DNA of 64,000 bases from Bilabrum cf. latius (lineage: Eukaryota), in the NCBI GenBank assembly GCA_965178125.1, contig OZ237744.1, positions 1,178,001 through 1,242,000 of the forward strand, written 5' to 3'. Within the stretch, counting starts at the first letter, position 1, and the number at the start of each line of letters is the position of its first letter. The position numbers and the translations under genes were made by a program. Below are positions 36,031 to 48,152 of this stretch, piece after piece. Under the pieces are notes generated by a model. That model searched no databases, had not been told where the DNA came from, and was given only the letters and a program-made list of their open reading frames with translations.

Positions 36031-38474
36031 TCATTTCTCCACCACCATAGCCACCAGCTGCGAGATCCTCGCCTCATTCGCGTGCACCTGCGCCCTCCTC
36101 GCCGCGATCTTGGCCTGCATCTCCCTCCCCTGGTCCTCAGCCTCCCTCAGCTTGGCCTGCAGCGGCTGCAGCTCGGCCTCGGTCTCACGGGCCTCCTGCG
36201 CCAGCTCGCCCTGCCTCCTCCGGTGCTCCTCCCGCCAGCTCCCAAGCTCCACGCGCATCTCGTCCATGGCCTCCCGCGCGAATGCGATGCTCTTACCCAG
36301 CGGATTGGCAGCCCGGCACAGGCTCTGGATCGCTGCCTAGAGCTCCTCCGTCGACAGGCTCGCCCCACCCGGGCCCCCCGCGCCGGCCTTGCCCAGCCTC
36401 CGCAAGCGGATGCCCCCTCCCGCGCCCTGCTCCTCCTGTTCCTCCTTGCTCTCCCCTGCGCCCGATCTCGCCACCGATCCCCCCCGCATCTGCAAGATGT
36501 CCCGCGTGTGCCGCCCCCGCCCAGCGCCCTCCAGCGCGCCCGACCCCGACCCCGCGCCGCCTCCCGCCTCTTCTTCCTCCCCGCTGTCATCCGCGTCCCC
36601 TTCCTGCATCAGCCACGCGGCTGGGTCCTGCCCCTCGCCGCCCCCCTGACCTGGGCCCGCCTCCGAGGTTGCAACCGAGGGCTTCTCCACGCGCGGGGGC
36701 CGTCGACGCGCCGTGGCGGGGCGCTGCAGGGAAGCCCGCACGGGAGGTGCGGACGAACCCATCCCCGGGCCCCCGCCGCTGCCCCCCGCATCGTCCGCCC
36801 CATCGCCGCCCATGCCCCCCTGCATCCCGGGCTCCAGGTCGAGACCCAGCGCGGCCGCACCCGGTGCACGCAGCGGCTCCCTGCCGCTCGCTGCCGGTGC
36901 CGGTGCTGGTGCTGGGGCTGGGGCTGGTGCTGGGGCTGGGGCTGGGGCTGGTGCTGGGGCCGGTGCAGGCGCATGTGCGGGCGAGGCTGCCCCTCCACCA
37001 GCGGGCCCCGGTGCCGCCAGCTGCCTCGCGTGCCTCCCTTCAGGGTCTGCGCCCTCCCCCCCTAGGACCCTTTGTACCGCCTCGGTCTGGTGCCCCATGG
37101 AAGCCGCGATGCCGGCCAGCTGCAGGAGCTGGTTGGTGAGCTCGCTGTCCTTGCCCGCCGCGATACGGGCGGGCTTTGCCTCCGGAAACGTGTTGAGGGC
37201 GATGCCCACCGCGTCCACCAGTTTCTGCAGGTAGGCCAGCTTGTCGGCCTTCTCCTTGACGGCCTTGCCGTTGAGCTCGGGGCCCTGGTACAGGCCTTCC
37301 AGAAAGCCCGTGGCGGCAGTCAGGTTGGTGACAATGTCGTGAACAAATCGGAAGGGCGGTTTTCCCAGCAACTTGTCGCTGAGCTTGGGTCGGCTGATCT
37401 GAGGAGACAGGACCGCACGGGTCTGCTCGAAGCTGCCATCCGCCCCGAATGCCTGCAAGGTGAGAGAGGGGGAGAGGTAAAATTGGATACGGGGTGAAGG
37501 GATGTGGTTTGAGGAGGCGGAGTAGGCAGACAGCCAATTCTCGCAGAAGAGGTGGTATCTTCCAGCATCCCAGTCCCAGCTACGTGGCATTAAAACCGTC
37601 ACAGGTATAGGCCGGCGTATCGATTTTTAAATTAAACTAACGTGAGGAGGTGTGAAGCCGGAGTGCCAGCCGTCAGGGAGAGGAACCACTGCCTGGGGCA
37701 TGGCGGCCTGGCCCGACGGGGTCGGTGTATGGTCTGCAGGAGGGGCGGGTGCTGGTGCGGGCGCCTGGGCCGCCGCCTCCTGCTCTCTGCGTCGTTGCTC
37801 CTCCTCCTCCTGCTGCTGCTGCTGTTCCCTGGCGAGTGCCGCCTCTCGCTCCCTATTCGCTCGTTCCTGCGCCTCTCGCTCGGCAGCTGCCCGCTGCTCC
37901 CTCTCCCTCTCCTCCCGCTCCGCTTGCTCGTCGGCGGCCGCCCTGCCCCCTTGCGCCTGGTCCCCGCCCTGCTGCATGCGCTACCCGATTCTTGCGATTG
38001 CCTGCGACATCGAGCTTTCAGGCTAGATTGAATCATCCCATCTAGCGAATTCAGTGTATTCCAAGCATACGGGCGAGCAGCGAGCATGGCGGCATAGCAT
38101 GGATCTGACTGTCAACCGGCGATTGCTAGCACATCACCACTCACCAGGAGCATTCGCAATGTGTTTTCTACCTATGATCCCGCCAGCAATTTGTTGGGTC
38201 GTACCTGCACTGGTTCGCCCTGCTCCTCCAGATAGCCCAGAAGTTTCTCGACGTACTGTGTCTTCAGCGCTTTGTCTTTCATCGCCTTGCCGTCCAACTC
38301 GATGCCTTCGTACAATCCAGCAGCAAATCCGGTTGCTGCCGTCATATTACTAACAATGTCATGAATGAATCGAAACGGAGGCTTCGAGAGCAGCTTTGTC
38401 GAAAGCTTTGGCTTTCGGAAAAATGGCTGAAGCTGCTGCTGCACCTCAGGGGCAAGCTCGTCGAATGTTGACAT
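36031..38474 (-). CDS. IFT54: IFT54/TRAF3IP1 (MIP-T3) with two CH-like domains (about 703 aa)
   Basis: Exons 38474-38145, 38001-37642 and 37452-36031. KPKL..KLL.KPPFRF.HDIV occurs twice. C-terminal IQSLCRAANPLGKSI..MDEMRVELGSW coiled coil. TAG at 38172, 37981 and 36337. Confidence 0.9.
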
Positions 38475-38637
38475 GTCACGCCTTTCAAACGTATAAAACA
38501 ATCCAGTGTGTATCGGTTTGACAGAACAAAGGATTTAATTCGACGCGTAGTAGAGTAAACAGAGGCGTGCGTAAACCGCCCGATAGCGGTTGCAACTGCT
38601 TCGAATCCGTTGGAGCATCTCAGTAACACCTGAATTG

Positions 38638-39470
38638 ATGGCAGCAGCCGGTAGTGCTGGCTCTGAACGCAGCGACATCGACCATCATAGTGATTCAGAG
38701 CGCACAGTGGCCTCAGATGACCCAGGTAGTTCTGGAGAAGATACCGAAGCAGATGATGAGGAGGAGGAAGAAATAGATCCGATGGGGGTCTCATTGACCG
38801 GGGGAGCTGCCCCTGATGTATCACACCCATGCTCTGACAGATTAATGGTAATTAATGACAAAGCTGAGTGGGTACTTTCGGGTGCCAAGCCAGGTAATGG
38901 GATCGAGTGCCTTCTCGACGGCGATGTGAGGACTTGCTCGGCTCCTTTGGCTTTCAGTAAGGTGCTACAGTGATTCCAATCGCCTCCAAGTTCTCGCTCT
39001 GAACCTTGCAGTTGGAAACATATTGGCAATCGGACGGTGGCGGAATCCCGCACACGATCACGGTGCGATTCTACCAGCGAGAGACTGTGCTCGGCGTGGC
39101 GCTGTACGTAGATTTTACCAAGGACGACTCGTACACTCCAAAATTTGTTTCCTTCTTGGCTGGTCACCTCCCTTTCAACATGCGCGTGATCCGCGACGTC
39201 GAGCTGACCGAGCCCGTTGGCTGGGTGTGGGTGCCGCTCGGCGAGATGAGCAAGGACCGCGGGGGGTTCGTCAAGCCCCTGCGCCCGCATACCATGCAGA
39301 TCCAGATCAAGTCAATGCACGCCGGCGGGAGGGACACCCACCTGCGGCAGGTGTGCCTGTTCGGGCCGCGACCGGTCCGGCTGGAGCTCCCCGGCAGCGG
39401 AGGTGGGGACGGCTTGCTGGGCGGGGCGCCCCTCTCTGCCTCCATGGGCGCGGGGCTGGTCCTCAGGTGA
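38638..39470 (+). CDS. APC10: Anaphase-promoting complex subunit 10 (DOC domain), 248 aa
   Basis: Exons 38638-38925 and 39012-39470. AEWVLSGAKPGNGIECLLDGD|LETYWQSDG, DDSYTP, EPVGWV and GRDTHLRQ. Confidence 0.93.
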
Positions 39471-39657
39471 TGATCAGATGCATGATGGGAGGATGTTGCC
39501 AAAGGACACGAGCACATCCTGGGCATTCTACACGCCCGGTGCGCAGGCATCATGATCTCAGTGCACGGCACAAGCTATGGATAAAATGGCTCACATGTCG
39601 CTCAAGGCAGTCGGGGCGCACCCTGTATGCGACGACCCGAAGGTTGTCGGCCTCACG

Positions 39658-39794
39658 GAGGTGTTTCTGCCAGTGCCAAGGGGGGAGGTGTTTCTGCCGG
39701 TGCCAAGGGGGGAGGTGTTTCTGCCGGTGCCAAGGGGGGAGGTGTTTCTGCCGGTGCCAAGGGGGGAGGTGTTTCTGCCGGTGCCAAGGGGGGA
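39658..39794. repeat. 27-bp tandem repeat, 5 copies, in a convergent intergenic region
   Basis: Unit gaggtgtttctgccggtgccaaggggg. Confidence 0.95.
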
Positions 39795-40064
39795 AGGCTG
39801 GTCGAACTCGCGGGGGGCGCGCAGTCGCGCGGGTGGGTTGAGCTGGCAGGTGCGGGCGGTGGCCTGGTTGAGTTGGATGCGTTGCAGGCCGCGAGGTGGT
39901 GGGTGGGCTTGGTGAGTGTGCGAGGCTTGTGGAGGAGGTGAGGGTGACTGCAGGCAGCAGCGGTGTGTAAGACAGGGGTGATGCAGCGAGGTGGTGAGTG
40001 GGTGGCAGGAGAGCAAGCATAAGCATTGCTACACTCGAAACGATGCTGGTTCGGTGGCAGTGCT

Positions 40065-41207
40065 TCAGAGCTTAGCACGCTCCATGGGTCCCAGCTACGA
40101 AGCATCGAATGGCGGCTGCCTGCGCTCGGCGACCAAGGCACCCACACGCTGTGGCGGCTCACCGGCGAGGACTACACCGGATCCTCTCCCTCCAGACGCA
40201 CCGGAGCCATCGGAAGCTGATGCGCTCGAGCCGGGGCCAGCTGCAGCCGCAGAATCTCCCCGCCCCCCCTCCCCCTCCCCGTCCGCGGGCTCTCCCGCAT
40301 CCATGGCCGCCTCGATCGCGTCCGTGAGTCCTCCCATCCATGCGCCCCCGTCCACCACCAGCACGGTCCCAGTCACGTAGGCCGCCCCCTCGCCCACCAG
40401 GAAGAGCACCGCGTCGGCGATCTCGTGCTTCCTGCCGAACCGGCCCAGGGGGATGGTGCGTCGCTTGGCGGGTTCCAGAATGCGGTCAGGAAGGAAGCCG
40501 CCCAGCCTTCGGATGCCCTCCGTGTCATCGATCGGGCCAGGGGCCACGCAGTTGATGCGCACCCCGTCGGGGCCCCACTCCCGGGAGAGGTGCCTGCACA
40601 GCGCATCGATAGCGGCCTTCGCGGGGCCTGCGTGGGCCTGCAGGGGATCGCCTCGGTACGCTAGCGTTGCAGTAATGTTCACGATGCGGCCTCCATGCTC
40701 TCGCATCCACGCGAGGTAGGCGGCCCGGCAGGAATGGAAGGTGCCCACGAGGTCGATATCGATAACTGTCTTGAATGCCCTCGAGCTCATCTATGCGACT
40801 GGACACAAGAAATTGCCTGCAGCAGCGTTCACTAATACATCCAAGCGTCCAAACAGGCGAAGTGTTGACTGCATGGCCTTCTCTACTTCGCCATAGTCTC
40901 GGACGTCAACGAGCACTGCATCGGCCGATCCCCAGCCCTTGGATGAGCCTCCTGAGGCAAAGGACGACGCCTCGCCTCTCAAGTACTCCAGTGCTTTTCT
41001 CGCTCTTGCCTCACTTCTTCCTGACACGACTACGTTTGCACCGTGTGCCATGAGATCTCGCGCAATCTATAACCCGATACCTGATGTACCACCCGTGACC
41101 ATCGCTGTCTACCCAGCAAGGCAATCATGCTTGAAAACAGAACCTGTTCTTTTGCCTGGCATTCGTAGACCGCCGTGTTTGGTCGAGCAAGTGGCACGTT
41201 TTGACAT
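40065..41207 (-). CDS. DECR2: Peroxisomal 2,4-dienoyl-CoA reductase (SDR family), C-terminal PTS1 AKL
   Basis: VTGGTSGIG, LVNAAAGNFLCP, VIDIDLVGTF, QAHAGPAKAAID, NCVAPGPI and YVTGTVLVVDGG. TAG at 41109, 41067, 40791 and 40095. Ends ERAKL-TGA at 40065-40067. Alternative start at 41162. Confidence 0.92.
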
Positions 41208-41415
41208 TTTGATGGATCCAGCCTGGTGCACTGCACGCTACAGGCAGCCTCAGTCACTGGCATCAGGCCGGCAGCACTGCGCACTGCAAGCACTCATCCG
41301 TTGGCCGCCGGTGGCTGCGAGTCTCCAATCCATCGTGCAGCAAGCGACTTGGTCATACTATCAGCATCCTATGCAAAAAGCATGCAGAGCACGCGGAGTC
41401 TGCCCGTGCCACTCA

Positions 41416-42572
41416 TCATGCCATGACTGACCCGGGCATGACGGCGAAGGTCATCTGGATCGGCCTCTCGAACCCGTCCGAGTCGCGGCCTGCTCGCTTC
41501 GTGCTCAACGAGGGCCGCACGAAGCTACTCCCCTCCTTGGTCAGCACCACGACGGTGTCATCGCCCGCCCCCTCGGCCACCATCCGCCCTCTGGGAGACA
41601 GCGCCCTCCTAGCGCCAGGGCGGCCATGGCCCCCTCCCCCTCCCCCTCCCCCTCCACCCCTCCCCCTTGAGGACCCCGCCCCCGCCCTGGGGGATGTGCG
41701 GAACCCCTCCGCGGCGCCCACTCCCTCATCGTCCCTGTTCATGCCGTGTCCCTCCGCAACCACCGTGGGGAACACGAGCGGGCGCGGCATGCCGAGCCTC
41801 CTCGCGTCGTTGCACATGTGGGCGAGCACCTGCACTGCCTTGGTGGCGCCCCACTGGCCCTCCCCCACCACCACCGCGGGCCGATCGGAAGCAAGCTCGT
41901 GCAGACAGGCCAGGGATAGCTCCTTGCTGTGGGTTTCCTTGTCGGCAACCACCCTGCGAGCGCTTTGGGGTCATGCAGGCGTGCAGGTGTTGGTGCGAAG
42001 GCACGGGGAGGCAGGCGGGTGGCACCGCTTGCCCTCCTCCAGATTACGGGGCGCGAACACGACTAAAAAGTGGACATGTACTGTAGTTCTTACCTGTACG
42101 CCTCCGTATCAACTCCTAGGAGCCCGTCTTGCAACAATCGGGGTGGGGGGGACGAGAGACATTCCCCTTCAAACTGCAGCCGTGGCACCGATCCCTCCTC
42201 ATTCGAGCGCCGCTACCGCTTCGTGAAATACTCTACCTCCAACTGAAATCCAATGTCTCCTCTAAACTACGTTGATTCTACCAGCTTGCCCATTTTTCGC
42301 AGCTTTGTTGCGTGGCGCCGTGCTAAGTCGACCACTTTGAACGCGCGGAGCAAATTGAACTCGCTACGACCAAATACCTTAACGTGTTTGTCGTCACAAG
42401 CAACAGACGAACCTAACCAAACCCCGGATTCCATGAAACGAGTGGCTCGCGTAACTGTCATTCCTTCCTGGCGCGACCCCATCCCTGTTGAAGTGCCGCT
42501 GAACATTCTAAATCGCTTCCCACATCCGCACACCACACGTTTACCAATTCCTGCAGTACGCCACCTGGACAT
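41416..42572 (-). CDS. Hypothetical protein (338 aa), Arg-rich presequence-like N-terminus, possible SpoVS/Alba-like segments
   Basis: Exons 42572-42094 and 41953-41416. The intron GTAAGA..CGCAG is phase-compatible. Two in-frame TAGs. TGA stop. Confidence 0.6.
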
Positions 42573-42694
42573 GCCGAGCGCCACCTTCCAGGCCCAGGGT
42601 TGGCCAACTGAAAATCACGGCACTCATACTGCACTGCACAATATTATGTATATCAGATTCCGGCAGAATTCCATACCGGATCCAAACTGCTGAA

Positions 42695-43563
42695 ATGCGC
42701 GTGCTAGTTGGAGTAAAGCGAGTTGTCGATTATGCTGTCAAGATCCGTGTAAAGCCGGACAAGCTTGGTGAGCCCAGTTGGCAACTATTTTACATCCTGG
42801 AGCGGGAACCAGTACGCGTGCGTGTTGATACGATCGCTCGCGCTCCATTCCGTCTCAACGTACCGCAGGAGTTGATATTGGTAGCGTAAAGATGTCTATG
42901 AACCCTTTCTGCGAGATTGCTGTCGAGGAGGCGGTTCGATTGAAGGAAAAGAAGATTGCATCGGAGGTGGTCGCAGTCTCTGTCGGCCCGAAGCAGGCCC
43001 AGGAGCAGCTCCGCACCGCGCTGGCCATGGGCTGCGATCGAGCGGTGCATGTGACAACAGATATGCGCTTGGATCAGGAGCTGCAGCCCCTCGCGGTGGC
43101 CAAGGTTCTCAAGCACGTGTCTGAGAAGGAGGAGCCCAACATGTGGATTCTTGGCAAGCAGGCCATCGATGACGACAGCAACCAGACGGGACAGATGCTT
43201 GCCGCATTGCTGGACTGGCCGTAGGCAACGTTTGCTTCCGAGGTAAAGGTGTCCGAGGACAAGACCAAGGCCGAGATTGTGCGCGAGATCGACGGCGGCC
43301 TGCAGACAATCGAGGTGGACCTCCCCGCGGTGATCACGACCGACTTGCGGCTGAACGAGCCCAGGTACGCCACGCTGCCCAACATCATGAAGGCGAAGAA
43401 GAAGAAGATCGATGCCATGTCCATCGAGGACACGGGCGTGGACGTGACTCCGCGGCTGGAGGTGCTCGAGGTGTCGGAGCCCCCGCAGAGGGAGGCCGGC
43501 GTCACCGTGGAGAGCGTGGACGACCTCGTGGACAAGCTCAAGAACGAGGCGCAGGTCATCTGA
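42695..43563 (+). CDS. ETFB: Electron transfer flavoprotein beta subunit (255 aa)
   Basis: Exons 42695-42767 and 42869-43563. [49 protein letters not shown] (TAG 43222-43224) and [21 protein letters not shown]. Confidence 0.97.
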
Positions 43564-43850
43564 TGAGGCAGATGGGTGGCTGATTGGGGGCAGGGCGGGA
43601 CTCGTGTAAAGTGCAAAATCGATAGTAATTGCCTGATTCCACCGCAGCACATCACATCACGATGCAATTAGCCGATCGCTCCGGCCTCTTCAGCGGCACT
43701 GCTGAAGCGCCAAGCCTTCGTTTGAGAAATGAACCCAGCTGTGCCCCATCTCCTGGCTTGGACAGCCGACAGCCTGCCTTGACGTTTCGCAAAATATGAA
43801 ACGATGAAAACAAGAACGCTCGAGGACATTTGCTGTACAGCTTCGCTTGC

Positions 43851-44864
43851 ATGTCAAAAGCGCGCGAAGTACTCGATTCATTATCAGTGGCAGGTCTTGG
43901 GCCGTTCAATGACTCGAGGCCAACGCAGTCACAAATGGTGCAGCTTGTTTGTCGCTTGGAGGACCGCGTGATTCGTTCGTGGCCCACCGAGGAAAGAGCA
44001 TGCCTGCGCAAAGATGACCGGGACTGGTCTCAGCATTTTTCGAAGTATCTCATCGGTTTAGAGTGCCCGTATGCACGACCCGGGATGGCCTTGGCCGAAT
44101 CAATGTATCCGCTCCTAGCCCAGTGGCTGCTGCAGGAGGCCATCGCTGTATCGCACGAAGACGCCGAAGACAGATTAAAATCATTGCAGCCTTCGCATGC
44201 AGGCTCTAAGCGACCTCGAGCTCGAGACGCTCCCGGCGTCGAAGCCTCTAGCGCCCCGGCTAGACCATCAAGCAGCGCCGCTGCCAGCCCCGCAGCAGAA
44301 CCAAAGCATGATAGGCCTGCCGCAAGCGGAGCAGACGATGCAGAGCCTCGCCCCGCGGAGCCGATTGGGCCTGAACTGGCAAGGGAGGTAGGCGCCCTGT
44401 GCGACCTCCTCGGGGTGCCCGAGCACCCTCCTCTCTCCGGGGAGAGCACCACTGGCACTGGCAGTGCCGCTGGGCCGTCGAGCGGCGCGGGGAGTGATTC
44501 GAAGATCGCGACGGCCGACCGGGCCGGTCTCGTCGCGGCTAGTGCGGCCAGCCTCGGGGTGGGCCGGGAGGACGTGGAGGTGCTGCTGCGACTGCGGTCC
44601 GCAGTGCTCGTCGCAAAGGGCAGCGTGCTCCCCTCCTTCCGCCGAGCAAGTGCTCCGGCCCCCCGCGGCGATGTTCTGGAAGACTTCCCACCGGGGGTGT
44701 CTACGGGCGATCGTCGGCTGGACCGGCTCGCCTCCGTGCTCCGCATGCTGCAGGTGGCCCGCCTGAGGGACGCGCAGGATCGCGTGAATGGACTGCTCGA
44801 GGCTGCGCAGGAGTACACGGCTGATCCCAAGACAGAGAGTAGGCTCGGCAAGGTGGGAAGATGA
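43851..44864 (+). CDS. RTRAF: RTRAF/CGI-99 (C14orf166) family, tRNA-splicing ligase complex subunit
   Basis: LEDRVIRSW..EERACLR and the characteristic C-terminus LRDAQDRVN..AQEYTADPKTESRLGKVGR. Confidence 0.88.
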   Translation: MSKAREVLDSLSVAGLGPFNDSRPTQSQMVQLVCRLEDRVIRSWPTEERACLRKDDRDWSQHFSKYLIGLECPYARPGMALAESMYPLLAQWLLQEAIAVSHEDAEDRLKSLQPSHAGSKRPRARDAPGVEASSAPARPSSSAAASPAAEPKHDRPAASGADDAEPRPAEPIGPELAREVGALCDLLGVPEHPPLSGESTTGTGSAAGPSSGAGSDSKIATADRAGLVAASAASLGVGREDVEVLLRLRSAVLVAKGSVLPSFRRASAPAPRGDVLEDFPPGVSTGDRRLDRLASVLRMLQVARLRDAQDRVNGLLEAAQEYTADPKTESRLGKVGR

Positions 44865-45187
44865 CAGAGGATTGGAGAACATGCTGGGAAAGGCGGGGGA
44901 GTTTTGAGGCCTCGAAGCCGTCAGGTTCTTACGAGGGGGATGGCCCAGCTGGTAGTGCCTTGCTACCACAGCTGTTTAAACATTGACCCAGTGCGCTGCG
45001 CACGTGCTGCTGCACCCGCATTGTGCAAGCATCCCTGGATTTGCCGCACACCCTCGATGTGCACTGCACGATGAAGTCGTGGGACTCGCCGACACTTCGC
45101 TACACCAAGTCTAACTCTGCTCAACCCAACTAACTAAATCGCAGCACTGCATCTGGTACTTGATAGTTTCAAAAGGCTGACGGCTCA

Positions 45188-46969
45188 ATGCTTGCCGAGC
45201 AAGGCGATGCTGTGCCTCCCAGGAAGGATTCCACGCCACTTCTGAACGGCGAGACGAACGAGGTGCAGGTCTACGCCATTCGATGGGTGATTCTGATCGT
45301 ATTTGCCATTGGGGCCATCGTAAATGCCATCACTTGGATCTCATTTGCCCCGATCAGCGAGGAAAGCTCCGTCATTCTTGGCGTGTCGTAGGAAGCCATC
45401 AACATGCTATCTCTATGCTTCCTCATCGCGTACATTCCAGGATCTATTTTGAGTGTTTGGATGCTTGATGCCCATGGACTAGCTGCGTCATTATCACTAG
45501 CTGCGTGGCTTACGGCAGTGGGCTGCTGGGTGCGGTATCTGGGGGTGATCCTGCTGCTTCCGAAAGGCCACACTACCGCATCGTTCGTTGTGATGATGGT
45601 GGGACAAATCCTGGCCGCTTTGGCGCAGCCGATGTATGTGAACGTGCCGTCCCGCCTCAGCGGGGACTGGTTTGCCGTTAAAGAACGGGAGGCCGCCACT
45701 ACGATCGGCTCGATGGCCGGCCCGCTCGGGAACGCATTCGGGTCTTTCGTCCCTACCCTGATCGTCTCGGCGGGCGCGGCGGCGACCCGGCTGCAGTTCG
45801 ACCGGTTGCTAGTCATCGAGGCCGGCTTGGCGACCGGGGTTGCGATCGGTCTCTCCCTCGTGGCAAGGGACCGGCCCCCAACCCCGCCGAGCACCAGCAC
45901 GGAGGCCCGCGTGATCCACCGCGCCCTCTCCCTGCACCGCATGGCGAGCGCGGGCTCGGAGGCGGGCTCGCATCATTTTTTCGGGGCACAGGACGACCAC
46001 GATGGGGAGGGCTCATACCAGGGCCGCGAGGAGGGGGAGGAGCAGAAGCAGCAGCAGGAAGAGGCTGGCATCGTGCCTGCCAGCCCCCCCGTCACGCCCG
46101 TCACTCCCGCCATGCCAGGGACGAGCCGATTGTTCGCAGGTGAAGAGGGGGGGGAGGAAGGGGGGATCCAATCCCTAGACTCTCCCCGGCTGGAGGCATT
46201 GGAGAAGGGGGTGGGAGGCGCCGCTCGGGGGGGTGCCCCGCCCTTGCACCTGGAAGCGACGGAGTACGCCGCCCGCACGTCTGCGCTGCACCGGCTGGGC
46301 GTGGAGGTGTGGGTGCTCCTGCACGACGGTCCCTTCCTTCGTTTGACGCTGGCCATGGGCTGCGGGGTCGGACTGTTCAACTCGTTCCTGACTCTAATGG
46401 CGCAGGTCGTGGCGCCGTGCGGGTACGACTCCGGGGCTGCTGGGATCTTCGGAGCCATTTTGATCGTGAGCGGGCTGGTGGGCGCGGTGGTGGCTGGGGT
46501 TGTGCTAGAGAAGTGCCAGGCACACACTACAATCATTCGGTGCTGGGCCGTGGGCTGCATGGCGGCCACGGTCCTCTTCGTGCTGCTGCTGCGGAGGGAC
46601 ATGCAGGCCCCGCTCGCTGTGTCCTTCGGGATACTCGGGTTCGCAATCCTGCCTCTGCTGCCGCTGACATTCGAGGTCGCAGCCGAGCACACCTACCCGA
46701 TCCCTGAGGACAGCGCAGCCGCTGTACTGATGAGCTCTGGGCAGATCTTTGGGATGATCTTCATCTTCAGCCAGCAAGCCCTGCTGCAGCTGCAGGACCG
46801 CTGCGTGATGTTCCCGCCCATCTGCATCTTCCTCATCGTCGCGTTCGCTGTGGGTCTGGCGTTCATGATGAGCTTTGAGGCAGAGCCCCGAAGGTCAAGG
46901 TTCGACCGCAAGCAGGGCACCTTGTTGAAGGGCAAAGAAGCGGAGAGCCTGCTGGGGGACGTGGCTTGA
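45188..46969 (+). CDS. MFS transporter, FLVCR/SLC49-like (593 aa)
   Basis: VYAIRWVIL..NAITWISFAPI, GQILAALAQP, SGDWF..ER..AT and FEVAAEHTYPIPE. TAG at 45389-45391 joins the two ORF fragments. Confidence 0.9.
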
Positions 46970-47324
46970 TGGCCGCCGATTGATCGTGACGATGCGGAGC
47001 GCGAGAGGGTCGGTCGGACGGAGGCGGCGGTACATGCTGGAGCGGTTGGTGAAAAGGTATTGTACGGGGTGCATCTGCATGCTGGGAGCAAGCCCAAGTA
47101 AAGGGCCGGCCACACAGGGGGCAGTCGCCGCGGGTGCATGAATGCCGCAGCTACCGGCCCAATGGCGAATGGCGCACCAGCCTGCGAGCGAGTGCAAGAC
47201 GCTGCAACTCATTCAAATAATGAGTTCGTTCTGTCCATTTATTAATGCATTTATTAATGCGGGTACCAAATGAAGTTAGAGAGGGGGCTGGCACACAGCT
47301 GCCCACCTCGGCCTGACACGCCCG

Positions 47325-48069
47325 TCAGCGACCCATTTCCTGGAAGTTCGTGTGCCCTGTATCCGCATTGTGCGCCTGTGCCGCCTTCATCCCCGTCAGC
47401 GGGGCCATGCATTGCATGCACATGAGCTTAGCACCGCTCTCATCCACGTAGTCGTGCCTCCTCTTCTGCTCCGCCGCCAGCGCCAGAGCCCCTGCCTGGG
47501 CCCTTGCTGCACTCCCGTCTCCTATGGAAAACCTGCACCGAGCACCAGCACCGGTCCCGGCGGCGCAGAAGTCGTAGTGAACTCCGTTGAATATCAAAAA
47601 AATGGCTTCTTTCGGTCCCCTACTAGCTGACCCTGCTCCGGCCCCTGCCCCTGCCCCTGCCCCTGCCCCTGCCCCTGCCCCTGCCCCAGCCCCTGCCCCT
47701 GCCCCTTGCCCGAAGGAGTACACCTTCCCTGACTTGACCTCCACCGCCCTCATCTCCACACCCAGTTTCTCAGCCAGGATCTCAAGCTCAATGGCGCCCC
47801 CCCAGTGAGCGGGGTCCTGGATCCACCGGCAGTACTCCCCCGGGGATTTCCCCAGTACGGGGGCAGACCACCGGCCGGGGCTGGACCTAACCTGCTCGGC
47901 GATCTGCGCCCGCAACGCGCCCTCCTGCCCCTTCTTGCCCAGCGCGGCCTGCCCCACGCAGTTGAAGAGGCAGTTGTTGTTCGCCGGGACGCTCACCACG
48001 CGCAAGCCCGGCAGAGGACCAGCAGCAGCGGCAACACCTCCACCTCCACCTCCACCTCCACCTCCGCCG

Positions 48070-48152
<83 letters not shown>

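Noticed and set aside
39577-40026. ORFs across the 27-bp repeat
   Set aside because: They lie between convergent stops of APC10 and DECR2, are open in several frames because of the repeat, and have no motif.
47234-47262. AT-rich duplicated motif catttattaatg between the convergent MFS and OTU1 genes
   Set aside because: It may be a 3'-end signal, but a single short instance is not enough to call.
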